Origin: Pseudomonas phage vB_PaeM_RyC23_M4LORT
Direction: 5' to 3' (one strand)
Sequence record: PP781973.1
Length of the DNA: 64,000 nt
A program made the position numbers and the translations under genes. The first letter of the stretch is position 1. Each line of letters begins with the position of its first letter. Of the stretch, positions 1-9,855 are shown one piece after another. The notes below the pieces were generated by a model that searched no databases, was not told the DNA's origin, and saw only the letters and a list, made by a program, of their open reading frames with translations.

Positions 1-204
1 TGTTTAGTCCTCTGTCTGCGGTCTTCTCCTCACCCCGATAATGGCTTGGGGATGCGCTGTGTTAATCGGAAGGTTCGGGCGCTATTATAACTCGTCGAAA
101 ATGCTCGCGCTTAACTGTTTAACGATACGCACCGCGATATTAAATCGCCTTCTTTCTGGCCAAGGAACTCTGGCGGCCGGGTCCGGTCTAAGGCCTAATT
201 TGTC

Positions 205-250
205 GACATTAAAACGAGAAAACCCGGATCGCCTGTAGGGCAATGCGTCC
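205..250 (-). terminator. putative rho-independent terminator downstream of the ligase gene
   Basis: minus-strand stem AAACCCGGA...TCCGGGTTT followed by TCTCGTTTT; the loop is long (~19 nt), so this is weak. Confidence 0.35.
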
Positions 251-280
251 GGGTTTATTTCTATCTAGTGTACGCTAGGA

Positions 281-1192
281 TCAGTGACTTCCGCCCCACC
301 CGTCCAGCCAGCAATCGAAGACGGCGTGCCTCGGCTTGTCCTTGGCGCCATGGGAGAAGTGCTTGAACCGGATGACCTGGCCCTTGAGATACTCCCTGTC
401 ATTCCAGCGGCGCTGTTTCTCGTCGTGGGTCAGGCTGGAGGCCGACACGTTGAAAGTGACTCCAGGCCACAGACGTTCGTTGCGGCAGACTAACGCACCG
501 ACCATTCCGGACGGCGACAGGTTTTCTGCGTGGCTGGAGCGGGCCGTGTGGCCAAGTTCATTGATGAAAGCTTCATTGTTGTTGTGCATCAACTCTTCCA
601 CGTCGATGATCTCAGCTTCATCGTAGTCGTATCGCTTGACTTTCACACAGTGCCCTTCCTTGGCAGTCGAGCGACCGAACTTGTACAGCCCATCAGCGCG
701 CTTGCCCATGGAACCTTCGAATCCCAGCATTGTGTGGCGGCGCTCGACTTCGCTGAACTGTTCGATGGAAGTCACCAGTTCCTGCTCGACCAGGTGAATC
801 CTCTCATAGCCGAGGCAGTGACGAAGGAAGTTCACGCGCTCGGCCGCCCTGGCTAGGCGATCTTCGGTCGGTGCGCGAGGATCGGTGAAATCATCGAACA
901 CATGGAAAGACCAGTCCGGCTCACCGCTGTGGCGGCGAAGATCGCCGGACGACTTCTGGAAAACTTTCGGGTCGCTGATGTCGCCGCAGACCAGCTCGCC
1001 GTCCAGGCCGTTGAACAGTTTATCGCTGAGGTATTCGTAGATCGATTGATTGTTCTGCCGCTTGAGTTGACGAGTCAGCGCCTCGCCTTCGAATACGAAG
1101 CAGCGAAATCCATCGATCTTCGGCGAGAAATACATCGGCAGTTGGCCTTCCAGCAGCTTCGGGTCAAAATTCGATGCGAGCATGGGTTTCAT
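281..1192 (-). CDS. ATP-dependent DNA ligase
   Basis: 303 aa; N-terminal adenylation motif KxDG (SPKIDGFRC); overall layout like phage T7-type ATP ligases; RBS upstream. Confidence 0.8.
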   Translation of the reverse strand: MKPMLASNFDPKLLEGQLPMYFSPKIDGFRCFVFEGEALTRQLKRQNNQSIYEYLSDKLFNGLDGELVCGDISDPKVFQKSSGDLRRHSGEPDWSFHVFDDFTDPRAPTEDRLARAAERVNFLRHCLGYERIHLVEQELVTSIEQFSEVERRHTMLGFEGSMGKRADGLYKFGRSTAKEGHCVKVKRYDYDEAEIIDVEELMHNNNEAFINELGHTARSSHAENLSPSGMVGALVCRNERLWPGVTFNVSASSLTHDEKQRRWNDREYLKGQVIRFKHFSHGAKDKPRHAVFDCWLDGWGGSH

Positions 1193-1246
1193 ACAGTTCT
1201 CCAGAAAAGAAGCCCGGCGAACCGGGCTAAATGGCGGTAAGCCGGC

Positions 1247-1801
1247 TCAGATGGTTTCGTTGGCGTGGTTCAGTTCGGCCATGATCGACGCATAGCGCTC
1301 GTCCGACTCCTTGATGAAAACGCCGTCGTACATGACGCCTTTGCGATCCTTGATGGTGTCGTAGGCTGCAGCGTAGCAGTCGAGCATGGTGGTGTCGTGC
1401 TCTTCCGTCAAGTCGAACAGAGTCATGGCGGCCGATACCAGGCTCTTGATGGCCAACCCATGATTTCCACGTGCCAGAGCGCCTGCCAGATCGCCGAGGC
1501 GCTGCAAATCGTCGCCGTAGGTGGGATGTACTTCGCCGCTCTCGATGAAGACCGATAGATGATCGAACAGATTTTCACCGAGTTGCGCGGCCATGATCGT
1601 GGCAACCACCATTACGTCGCCGATGCCGTCTTTCACCTCGACTGGTTTGTTATAAACCCAGGCTTCGCAAACTTCTGCGAACTCTTCGACCAACTTCAGG
1701 AATTGATCCTTGGCCGAAGAGCCTTTGATCAGGTTCCGGTCGGAACCCCATTTAACAACCAGGTCGTGAAGTTCGCGACTCATGATTTGTTCGATATTCA
1801 T
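1247..1801 (-). CDS. MazG-like nucleotide pyrophosphohydrolase
   Basis: 184 aa starting MNIEQIM (ATG 1799-1801 overlaps the upstream TGA as ATGA); EEFAEVCE matches the MazG EExxE metal-binding motif; all-alpha. Confidence 0.65.
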   Translation of the reverse strand: MNIEQIMSRELHDLVVKWGSDRNLIKGSSAKDQFLKLVEEFAEVCEAWVYNKPVEVKDGIGDVMVVATIMAAQLGENLFDHLSVFIESGEVHPTYGDDLQRLGDLAGALARGNHGLAIKSLVSAAMTLFDLTEEHDTTMLDCYAAAYDTIKDRKGVMYDGVFIKESDERYASIMAELNHANETI

Positions 1802-2403
1802 TCTTTCGATTCCTTTTGGATTTGGGATTTTACTGCGTTGATTATGGACGCCGTGCTCTGGCGCGATCCATCCTTGGTGGTGCCGAAGTAGAAGGCCATT
1901 ACCGACTTCAGCTCGGCGAACCAATAGCCGATGATGGTGCCGATGGCGACCGAGGATGTTGGGTCCATCAGAGCCTCGCGGCCGAATGTGAAGATTGCGA
2001 TGATGATGAGAATGGAGCCTGTCAGAAGAGCGAATGTAATCGCCGGGCGAACGAAATCGTTCTGCTGCGCCGCAAGCCTCCTCGCAGAATCCCTGTCGGC
2101 CGCCTCTGCGGCGAACTGGCTAAGCTCGGCCTGGAGCTGGTTCTGCTCAGACTGAAGGCGGTTTTGTTCGGCTTGAATCGCAAGCTCCTGGAGACGAACG
2201 CGCTCGGCGCTCTGGAGTTCGGCGAGGCGCGCTAGAGCTTCCGGATTCGCGTCTAGAGCGCTCGCGACAGAGGCTGGGTCGGCCTTCGACCCCAGCGCCG
2301 TCGCGACGATAGCGCCCACGGCGGCGCCTGCAGGCCCACCCAGGAGCGACCCAAGAGCCGGGGCAGCCGCGCCGATCTTACTACCTATGTCCTTCCAGTC
2401 CAT
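1798..2403 (-). CDS. membrane protein with N-terminal glycine-zipper, central coiled coil and C-terminal TM helix
   Basis: 201 aa; GAAAPALGSLLGGPAGAAVGAIVATALG glycine-zipper; Q/E/L-rich coiled coil; hydrophobic LLTGSILIIIAIFTF. Confidence 0.6.
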   Translation of the reverse strand: MDWKDIGSKIGAAAPALGSLLGGPAGAAVGAIVATALGSKADPASVASALDANPEALARLAELQSAERVRLQELAIQAEQNRLQSEQNQLQAELSQFAAEAADRDSARRLAAQQNDFVRPAITFALLTGSILIIIAIFTFGREALMDPTSSVAIGTIIGYWFAELKSVMAFYFGTTKDGSRQSTASIINAVKSQIQKESKE

Positions 2404-2459
2404 TTTCGACTCCTCAGAAGAAAGGCGCCATTACAGCGCCTTTCTCCGGCCGGTGATTT

Positions 2460-3356
2460 TTAGAACTCTTCGGCTTCGGTCGCATCGCCGACGCCACCGG
2501 CGTCACTGCGAGGCTGTTCCTGCTTGCTGTAATCCACCTTCACCTCGCCGCCGACGAACGACTTGTACAGGTCGGCCGCAGCCTTGAAGTGATCCGGGTT
2601 CTTCACCAGGCCTTCCAGCTCGAACTGGACGCCGGACCAGCTCCCCTTGTCGTTCGACATGCCTACGGTGGTCATACGGACCAGGTTGGCGAAAGTCGGC
2701 GGGGTGCGCAGGCCCTGCGGGGTCTGAACCTTTTTCTGGGACAGCGCGGTCATGAGCTTCTTCGAGGCCTTGATCTGCGAAGACGACAGGGAGATCAGAG
2801 CCTGGCCGAAATCGCCGGTGTCCGGATCGATGACGATGACGTAATGACCACGGGTGTCGGCGAAGTAGTCAGACTTCTTGTCGCTGACCGAACCGTCTTC
2901 GTTCGGCGCGTACAGGCGTCCTTCGACTTCCTTCACCTTGGTCGGGTCTTTCATCATTTCCTTGAAGTCTTCGACGCTGATGGCGCCCTTGAAACCGCCC
3001 TCGGCCTCGCGACCGGCCCAGCGGATGAACTCGCGGCGGTACGCGGCCGGAATGATCAGCAGGCCGGTCTTGCCGTCGTAAACCTTGCCGGTGACGGTGT
3101 TCAGGAACATGCCGGCCTTCGCGCCTTCGATGTACTTCGGGTCATCTTCATCGACCTGGGGAGACATCTTCTGCAAAACCTGGATGAAGGGGATGGCATA
3201 GGACTCGGCATCGGCGCCTTCGAAGCCTGCGCCGTCATACGATCCCAAATCCATGAAGTCGGGAACTTCGGTAGTCGCGACGGCGCCGCCGGTGGCAACT
3301 GCTACGGCCTTGGTTTCTTCGGTTGCTTCGGAAGTTTCGGTTTTCTTACCAGCCAT
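2460..3356 (-). CDS. putative ssDNA-binding protein (T7 gp2.5-like acidic C-terminal tail ending in Phe)
   Basis: 298 aa; ends ...GDATEAEEF (acidic tail with terminal F, as in gp2.5-type SSBs); lies within the replication/recombination module next to SNF2 helicase and VRR-NUC. Confidence 0.45.
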   Translation of the reverse strand: MAGKKTETSEATEETKAVAVATGGAVATTEVPDFMDLGSYDGAGFEGADAESYAIPFIQVLQKMSPQVDEDDPKYIEGAKAGMFLNTVTGKVYDGKTGLLIIPAAYRREFIRWAGREAEGGFKGAISVEDFKEMMKDPTKVKEVEGRLYAPNEDGSVSDKKSDYFADTRGHYVIVIDPDTGDFGQALISLSSSQIKASKKLMTALSQKKVQTPQGLRTPPTFANLVRMTTVGMSNDKGSWSGVQFELEGLVKNPDHFKAAADLYKSFVGGEVKVDYSKQEQPRSDAGGVGDATEAEEF

Positions 3357-3389
3357 GTTAGGCTCCTTGTTTGTCGAATTTCAGTTATC

Positions 3390-3430
3390 GCTAACTGTGG
3401 GTTTATAATAACGGAAGTTGCAACTAAGTA
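3390..3430 (-). promoter_or_regulatory. sigma70-like promoter (minus strand) for the 2460-3356 gene
   Basis: minus-strand -35 TTTACT (3417-3422), 16-nt spacer, -10 TATTAT (3395-3400); member of the GCTTTACT-N17-TATAAT-like family; 5'-UTR palindrome CAGTTAtcgcTAACTG. Confidence 0.5.
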
Positions 3431-3444
3431 AAGCAAATTACATA

Positions 3445-4077
3445 TCAAGATTTGCTCTTTTTCACCTTCGGTTTCGTGATCTTGGCCTCTTTGTATTCGT
3501 GTACGCCGATGAAATCTGGCAGCTCTTCGCCCTTCTCCAGGTACTCGCGACCGAACGCCTGGAGGGTCTGGTAATGGACATCGCGGTTGATGGTGGCGTC
3601 ATAGCCGGCTTCGATGATGGCCTCGGCCGCCTTCTTCGCATCTTCCATTTCGCCGCGACCGAATTCGGCCAGAACCTTTGTCTTGATGATGCCATCGTTG
3701 TCGGTATCTTCCAGCCACTTCCAGAACTTCGGTTTGTTCTCTTCCTTGACGGAAATGATGGCCTTCGGCTCTACTTTTACCGTGCGACCGTCCGCCAGAG
3801 TAGTGGTCTTCTGACCAAGCTCCTCCAACAGCTCCGGAATGGTGTTGCGCTTGAGGGTTTTCAGCTCCTCTTCCTTTTCGGCCAGCGCCTTTTGAAGATC
3901 GAGGATTTCGACGTCCAGCTGCGAAGCCTTGTCCACCAGGTTCAGCAGTCGATGGCCGATGTCGGTGGCTTCGACCGCCATTTCATCCATGACGCCAAAA
4001 TAGTCGATTTCGCCCGGTGCGTTCTCTTTCAGGTATTCCGGGATTTCAAGCTCTTGCTCTTTCATGTCCGCCTCCAA
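3445..4077 (-). CDS. hypothetical protein (charged, coiled-coil; replication-module associated)
   Basis: 210 aa ORF with good RBS (AGGCGGAC before ATG); K/E-rich C-terminus. Confidence 0.65.
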   Translation of the reverse strand: MEADMKEQELEIPEYLKENAPGEIDYFGVMDEMAVEATDIGHRLLNLVDKASQLDVEILDLQKALAEKEEELKTLKRNTIPELLEELGQKTTTLADGRTVKVEPKAIISVKEENKPKFWKWLEDTDNDGIIKTKVLAEFGRGEMEDAKKAAEAIIEAGYDATINRDVHYQTLQAFGREYLEKGEELPDFIGVHEYKEAKITKPKVKKSKS

Positions 4078-4104
4078 CTTAGTGATGTTCCCTTACTTGA
4101 ACTA

Positions 4105-4150
4105 AGTATTGAGTAGATATTATGCCGCATCTTCCTTGATACGGCTACTG
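4105..4150 (-). promoter_or_regulatory. putative promoter for the 3445-4077 gene
   Basis: minus-strand -10 CATAAT (4119-4124) within the GGCATAAT motif shared by the promoter family; -35 unclear. Confidence 0.3.
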
Positions 4151-4159
4151 ATTTACATA

Positions 4160-5719
4160 TTAAATTTCGTCGCGAGTGCTAACGTCAGCCTCAAACACTC
4201 CATCAACGACATAACTTGCCAGGTTGCGCTTCCACTCCAAGCTGACCTGGATTTTCTCGTCGATGGAATCCAGACAGATCAGGTCGAAGTACAAAACCGA
4301 GTTGACGGTGCCGATTCGGTGATTTCGGTCTTCGGACTGCATCCGCAACTCGTTGTCTTCGTCGGTCGTGTAGTAAATGGCCACGTCTGCGGCGGTGAGC
4401 GTGATCCCGATCCCTGCTGCGGCCGGGTTGCCCAGGAACACCTGGACGCGCTTGGCCTGGAAATCGTCGATCAATTTTTCCCGCTCGGCCTCTTTGGTCT
4501 CGCCGTAGTATGTGCCAAACGAAATTCCTTGGGCCTCCAGATACGCCTTGATCTGGTCGATTTCCTGAATGCGCATGGCCCAGATGATGATGGAGCGCTC
4601 CGGGTCTTCCTCCAGCAGACCCTCCAGAAGATCAGTAAACACGGCGAATCGCGGGTTGTCTTCGGGCGGCAGGATCACCGGCTCGCCATAGACGTTGATA
4701 TAGCCGGATGCAACTTGCTTGAGCTTCGAACGCGCTGCCGCAGCATCGAAAGATACGTCCAGCATGAAGTCTTCGTTCTTGAGAACGAAGTGGTAGTCTT
4801 CTTCCACGCGCTGGTAAACTTTTCGTTGCTCCGGCGACATTTCGAAGTATATGCGCTTGTACACCTTGTCCGGCAGGAATGGGAGTGCTTCCTTCTTCGT
4901 GACCCGGAAACTGTGCGGCTCGATCAGGGACCGCAGCTTGTCCAGGTTCCGGAATACCGGGCGCCCACGCTCGTCTTTTTCGACCAGTTGCGGCGGCATG
5001 GTTTGCTTCCCTTCCAGCTTGCGCATGATAGCGATCATTCGAGGATCGTCACTGGGAACCAAAACGGAAAATTCGGCCACGAACGCCCGATAGGATTTAG
5101 TCCCCAGAATTCCATTCCGCAAGAATTGGAACTGCATGAACAAATCGGTCGGTGCCCGCGTCAGAGGAGTTCCGGAAAGGATGCGACGGGCCACGGCCTT
5201 CTCACCCAGCTTTACGATCTTTTTCGCACGCTTGGCTTGTGGGTTTTTGATCCTCGTTGACTCGTCCACAATTGCGCAAACTTTGAATGTATCAAGGAAT
5301 CGCTCGACCTCATCATAGCCAGCCTGGTGGTTGATTGCGTCAACGTTTATGGCGAAGACGCGAAGAACTTTTTCATCTGCGAACGTCTCGGCATACAGAC
5401 GATCCAAGCGCGCTCTGGCCTTTTTGGAAGTCGGTCGGCCGCGCCAATCCACGCTCAAAGTCTTGATCGCGACGTGGGTGGGAATCTCGCGCAGAATCCA
5501 GTTGGTGTGGACGCCTTTGGGGGCGACGATGAGCAGCGCGTCCACGCGCCCCTGTAGGAAGAGGCGAACGGCATCGGCCAAAGTCGTCCAAGTCTTCCCG
5601 GTGCCCTGCTCCATCAGGTATGCGAAATTCCGTTTGTTCAGGGACGCGGCCAGGGCATTGAACTGGTGCTGCATGGCCTCGGTCTTCATGCCCTTGACGG
5701 GATATGTTTTGGCTTTCAT
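4160..5719 (-). CDS. SNF2-family DNA helicase
   Basis: 519 aa; Walker A-like GTGKT, DEXH box (IVDESTRIKNP), SNF2 motif LSGTPLTR, C-terminal helicase domain. Confidence 0.85.
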   Translation of the reverse strand: MKAKTYPVKGMKTEAMQHQFNALAASLNKRNFAYLMEQGTGKTWTTLADAVRLFLQGRVDALLIVAPKGVHTNWILREIPTHVAIKTLSVDWRGRPTSKKARARLDRLYAETFADEKVLRVFAINVDAINHQAGYDEVERFLDTFKVCAIVDESTRIKNPQAKRAKKIVKLGEKAVARRILSGTPLTRAPTDLFMQFQFLRNGILGTKSYRAFVAEFSVLVPSDDPRMIAIMRKLEGKQTMPPQLVEKDERGRPVFRNLDKLRSLIEPHSFRVTKKEALPFLPDKVYKRIYFEMSPEQRKVYQRVEEDYHFVLKNEDFMLDVSFDAAAARSKLKQVASGYINVYGEPVILPPEDNPRFAVFTDLLEGLLEEDPERSIIIWAMRIQEIDQIKAYLEAQGISFGTYYGETKEAEREKLIDDFQAKRVQVFLGNPAAAGIGITLTAADVAIYYTTDEDNELRMQSEDRNHRIGTVNSVLYFDLICLDSIDEKIQVSLEWKRNLASYVVDGVFEADVSTRDEI

Positions 5720-6126
5720 TTGTTCTCCAAATCGGCGAGGAACTGAACAATGTTATCCAGTCCTTCTGCATAGCTCGCAACTTCCACCAAGTCGCGGCTG
5801 TTAAGCTCGAACAAATCGAGCATGGGATTCAGCAGCAGCCAATCGGTCCCGATCTTGGCCAGGACGAAGCCACGGCCGCCCCAGCCGATCCGTTCCCGAA
5901 GGAAAGGGATTTGCCCAGGCTCGAAACATCTGGCCATTGGGCAGGTGGAGGCGCGTTTCGGCCACTCCTCCAACGCCTTGAACTCGACCCAGAACTGGAC
6001 ACCTCGACGATTCAGGCAAATCGAATCGGACATACCAGACCGCCGCGTCTCCAGAAAGTCGATCAGGATTCGGCCGAGTGAGCGTTGCTTAAACGCATTC
6101 GCCGCTTTCGTTTCGCGATCATTCAT
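5716..6126 (-). CDS. VRR-NUC domain nuclease
   Basis: 136 aa; position directly downstream of the SNF2 helicase is typical; conserved D...EFK-type PD-(D/E)xK core (WVEFKALEE). Confidence 0.6.
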   Translation of the reverse strand: MNDRETKAANAFKQRSLGRILIDFLETRRSGMSDSICLNRRGVQFWVEFKALEEWPKRASTCPMARCFEPGQIPFLRERIGWGGRGFVLAKIGTDWLLLNPMLDLFELNSRDLVEVASYAEGLDNIVQFLADLENK

Positions 6127-9100
6127 CGCCTTCGCCCTCTTTGGAAACTTTCTCTGCTTGCGCTGCCAGCTTTGCTTTTTCGCGTTCGGTCAAAATCCTC
6201 TTGACGGCCTTCACGATGAACATATCGATTCCGCTGAGCTTCCAGCCTTTGATGAGGAACCAAGAGCCTGTCGGCGTTCCTTCAGCAATCTGCTTTCCGT
6301 ATTGCAGATATTTTTCAGGCCTAATTCTGAAACGTATCGGCTGATCAACCGAGTCGTCAACACACATGATGTCGAGAAACTGCGACTGGCCCTTGTACAC
6401 CGGGTTTTTCCCTTGATCTGCCCTCTTCTTCTGGCGAATCGGTTCGTTCTCATCAGACAGAACTTTTTTCACCATCTTGACAATGACCAGACCATCATCT
6501 CCATCGCGGATATCCCGAATGTTCTGAATGGGGTTTCCGGAAGTTACTCCAACCAGCTCCGGATTGTCATAAGCATGACCCCAGAGCGTGTGAGCTTCGT
6601 TCAAATCTGCGAATTGAACTTCAGAATTCGACAGACTCGCGGCGACTTTCTCCCAATCCTGAAGCGTCTTCAGGTGGGTGCCTGCCAGCTCTTTATATTG
6701 AGCCTTCAGCTCCTTAAGATCGGCCTTCAACTCCTTCAGATCGGCCTTCAACAGTTTCTCCAGTTCTTTGTCTTGGCTGATTTTCGCCGAAAGAATCTGG
6801 GCTTCCAGAGCTGCTACATCAGCAGCCTTGTCCTCAACATCCTGTGCCGATATCGGGCAATTGGCCAGGGCGATCCTCGCGGCCTTGACTTCCTCACGAA
6901 GACGCAGGAACCGCTCGGCCTTCGCCGGGCCGAAGCCTTTGGCGTTCATGATGCCGCCGATCAGGCGCCCGTCCGCCACCACCCAGTTGAGTTCGGAATG
7001 CTCCGGGTCCAGGGCCGTATATTCTACGCCTTCTTTGGCCAATTCGCGAAGGATAGACACAGTTTGCTGGTCGTCCTTCGCCGCCCGAAGGCACGCGGCC
7101 GCGTATTCCAGGCGATGATACCGCTTCATGTAGCAAGTCCAGTATGTCACCACGGCATAGCTTACCGAGTGGGAGCGGTTGAATCCCCAGGCGCCGAATG
7201 TCACCATTTCCTGCCAAACTCGGTGAGCGTCTTCCGGGGCGACGCCTATGGTCTTGGCGCCCTCGATGAACAATTCCCGGCGCTTGTTGAAAAATTCTTC
7301 GCCCTTTCGCGCCGACATCGCTTTCCGGATCGCCGACGTTTGTTCCCAGTCGAACTGACCAATGTCCTTAACAATTGACATGATCTGTTCTTGGTACAGG
7401 AACACGCCATACGTCCCCGACAAATACTGCTCGACCTGCGGAATGGTATAGGTCACAGGCTCGCGGCCGGCCACGCGCTCGATATACTTGGTTGCCATAC
7501 CAGAAGACAACGGACCCGGACGGGCGAGCGCCGTGATGTGGTCGATGTTCTCGAACGCGGTGATGTTGATCGCGTTTGCTACCGAGCGAACGGCCTGCCC
7601 TTCGAACTGGAAGATGCCGGACATTTTGTCTTCATTGAGAATGTCCAGAACCGCCTTGTCGTTCAAAGGCAAGTCGTACAACTCTTGCGCGGTCACGCAG
7701 TTCGCGTCCTGGATGACTCCCAAAGTTCGAAGTCCAAGCGCGTCAATTTTGAGGAGATTCAGATATTCCGAATCGGGCTTGTCGAGCTGCGCAACGCCTT
7801 CGGAAGTCACCGTACAGAAGTCGATGACTTCATCGTTGCAGACCAGGATGCCTGCCGCGTGGACGCCAGAGTGGGATGGGTGAATTTCGAGGTCGCCCAT
7901 GCAGGCGGACGCGATCTCATACTTTTCGCGGAAGTCGCGGCCGGGCTGAGTTTTTTCGAAAGTATCCTCCAATCCTTTTCCATATCGTTCGTCCGCCGAT
8001 GTATATTCGATGATCGAGTTTTTGATGTTGTCGGTGTCGTGGAATGGAATGCCGAAGCGTTTTCCGACGTGAGCGATAACCGACGCGGCCTTGAGTGTGT
8101 TGATGTTACCCAACTTCACAACGTTCCAAGTGCCATACTTCTGCTGGAGATATTCGAACACTAGATAGCGATGGGTATCGGCGAAGTCGATATCTATATC
8201 GGGAAGATCGGACCGGGAAATGTCGATAAAGCGCTGAAAGAGGAGGCGATGCGGGAGCGGGTCAACCTCTGTAATGCCAAGGAGATAGCAGACCAAAGAG
8301 CCGGCCGAAGAGCCGCGAGCTGGACCGACCAGCATGTGCTTCTTGGCAAACGCGACCAGATCTGCCACGACCAGGAAGTAGCTGTCGAAATCTTTCAGCT
8401 GAATCTGCTTGATCTCTTCTTGGAATCGATCCTCATACTCCTGGGTCCATTCCTTGATGTGGCCGCGACTGAGGCGGTAGGCTTGCCCCTCGCGAGCCAG
8501 AGCGACGATATCACCATCCAAGTGGATCATCGGCGCCTTCGCCAGTTTCACATCCGCCAACCGCTCGACTACCGCACGAGTATTGGCTGCGGCAGTATCG
8601 AACTCTTCGCGAGTCATGATGTGGCGTAAACGGCTCCACAGCTCCTCTTCGGTGGCGATGTGGCGAAGGCCGACCGATTCCCGCACCTTCCAGGCCGACG
8701 CGAAATCAGCATGGTCGATGGACGGCATGTCGTTGTAAGAGGTAATTACCACCGGCTTTCCGAATGCCCTGGCCGTCTCCATAGCGCCGTGCGCGGCGAC
8801 CATCGACGCGGGATTGATGTCAATGTAGTCGATTCCGGCCAGATCCAGATGGGCATAGGCCTCGCCAGCGAATTTGATGACGCCGTCAGCTTCCTGGAAT
8901 TCTTGCGGAGTCAATCCTTGATTCTGGACCGACTTGGAAGTCAAGCGGTAGAACTTCTTGGTGTCCTTGGCGAGCACCCAGGCTTTGAGCTTCAGCTCTT
9001 TCTCGCCATCGTCGGCGCATTTGATCGGGATTTCCATGCCGAATCCGCGAGGCAGTTCTGCCTTGGCAGCGGCTTGTTCCCAACGGACGTGGCCCCATGT

Positions 9101-9229
9101 TCCATCATCGACGATGGCGACGAATGGGGATTCGATCTCTTTGGCGCGCTCGATGATCTCCGGGAATCGACCATATGCGGCGCCGTAGGAGTAACCAGAG
9201 CGAACGCGGAGCTGAGGGAAAGACATCAT
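6119..9229 (-). CDS. dnaE: DNA polymerase III alpha subunit-like replicative polymerase (DnaE family)
   Basis: 1036 aa; N-terminal PHP-like region (LRVRSGYSYG in place of HxH, so probably inactive); palm/fingers-like segments (GKRFGIPFHDTDN, PDIDIDF-like acidic cluster). Confidence 0.8.
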   Translation of the reverse strand: MMSFPQLRVRSGYSYGAAYGRFPEIIERAKEIESPFVAIVDDGTWGHVRWEQAAAKAELPRGFGMEIPIKCADDGEKELKLKAWVLAKDTKKFYRLTSKSVQNQGLTPQEFQEADGVIKFAGEAYAHLDLAGIDYIDINPASMVAAHGAMETARAFGKPVVITSYNDMPSIDHADFASAWKVRESVGLRHIATEEELWSRLRHIMTREEFDTAAANTRAVVERLADVKLAKAPMIHLDGDIVALAREGQAYRLSRGHIKEWTQEYEDRFQEEIKQIQLKDFDSYFLVVADLVAFAKKHMLVGPARGSSAGSLVCYLLGITEVDPLPHRLLFQRFIDISRSDLPDIDIDFADTHRYLVFEYLQQKYGTWNVVKLGNINTLKAASVIAHVGKRFGIPFHDTDNIKNSIIEYTSADERYGKGLEDTFEKTQPGRDFREKYEIASACMGDLEIHPSHSGVHAAGILVCNDEVIDFCTVTSEGVAQLDKPDSEYLNLLKIDALGLRTLGVIQDANCVTAQELYDLPLNDKAVLDILNEDKMSGIFQFEGQAVRSVANAINITAFENIDHITALARPGPLSSGMATKYIERVAGREPVTYTIPQVEQYLSGTYGVFLYQEQIMSIVKDIGQFDWEQTSAIRKAMSARKGEEFFNKRRELFIEGAKTIGVAPEDAHRVWQEMVTFGAWGFNRSHSVSYAVVTYWTCYMKRYHRLEYAAACLRAAKDDQQTVSILRELAKEGVEYTALDPEHSELNWVVADGRLIGGIMNAKGFGPAKAERFLRLREEVKAARIALANCPISAQDVEDKAADVAALEAQILSAKISQDKELEKLLKADLKELKADLKELKAQYKELAGTHLKTLQDWEKVAASLSNSEVQFADLNEAHTLWGHAYDNPELVGVTSGNPIQNIRDIRDGDDGLVIVKMVKKVLSDENEPIRQKKRADQGKNPVYKGQSQFLDIMCVDDSVDQPIRFRIRPEKYLQYGKQIAEGTPTGSWFLIKGWKLSGIDMFIVKAVKRILTEREKAKLAAQAEKVSKEGEGDE

Positions 9230-9780
9230 GCGGCCTCCATTGCTTGATACGCCCGATACACTCCCATGCGCTTGCAGACTTCGTGGAGCAGCCGCACGTC
9301 GTCGAGCGCCCGGTGTTTCTGTACATATGGGCCGCAGTAGTGCTCATAAAGATGTTGCAACCGCATGCGGTGGCCGAACAACGGCGCCGACTCTTCCACA
9401 GTACAGATATCGAGTGATGGGAAATTGACTTCTTCCAGGCCGAGCTTTCCGCGAGCCAAATCGCAGGTAAGCATGAACTTATCGAATGGCAGGTTGTGGG
9501 CAATATTCGCGTCGGCTCTGGAAAAGAAGTCGCGAACTTTCTGGCGCTGATCGAGGAAAGATGGGTGCTTGACCAGGTCTTCGTTCTTCAACCCGGTGAT
9601 CTTGGTGATGATTTCCTCGATAACGATTCCAGGATTGCAGATGAACTCTACTTCATCCAAAATCTTTTCGCCATCAGTTATCACGCCGGCGAATTCGATG
9701 ATTCTCGGCTGCTTTCTCAGACTCACCCTTTGGTGGAACGGGAGTCCTGTGGTCTCAGTATCCCATACAGCGAATATCAT
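9226..9780 (-). CDS. dnaQ: DEDD-family 3'-5' proofreading exonuclease (DnaQ/epsilon-like)
   Basis: 184 aa; Exo I motif WDTETTG, Exo II AHNLPFD, Exo III HRALDD; overlaps the dnaE start by 4 nt. Confidence 0.85.
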   Translation of the reverse strand: MIFAVWDTETTGLPFHQRVSLRKQPRIIEFAGVITDGEKILDEVEFICNPGIVIEEIITKITGLKNEDLVKHPSFLDQRQKVRDFFSRADANIAHNLPFDKFMLTCDLARGKLGLEEVNFPSLDICTVEESAPLFGHRMRLQHLYEHYCGPYVQKHRALDDVRLLHEVCKRMGVYRAYQAMEAA

Positions 9781-9855
9781 GTTTGTTCCCTCTTATGTCG
9801 AAAGGCCGGCTGCTTTCGCGACCGGCCTGAGGAGTATATCGCGACGGCTGAAGAT

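Noticed and set aside
41-238. 65-aa plus-strand ORF at the window start
   Set aside because: No RBS. Overlaps the putative terminator of the ligase operon. Composition not protein-like.
5822-7378. 518-aa plus-strand ORF
   Set aside because: Lies entirely antisense to the well-supported DnaE polymerase gene. High GC content yields long spurious antisense frames. No RBS or motifs were found.
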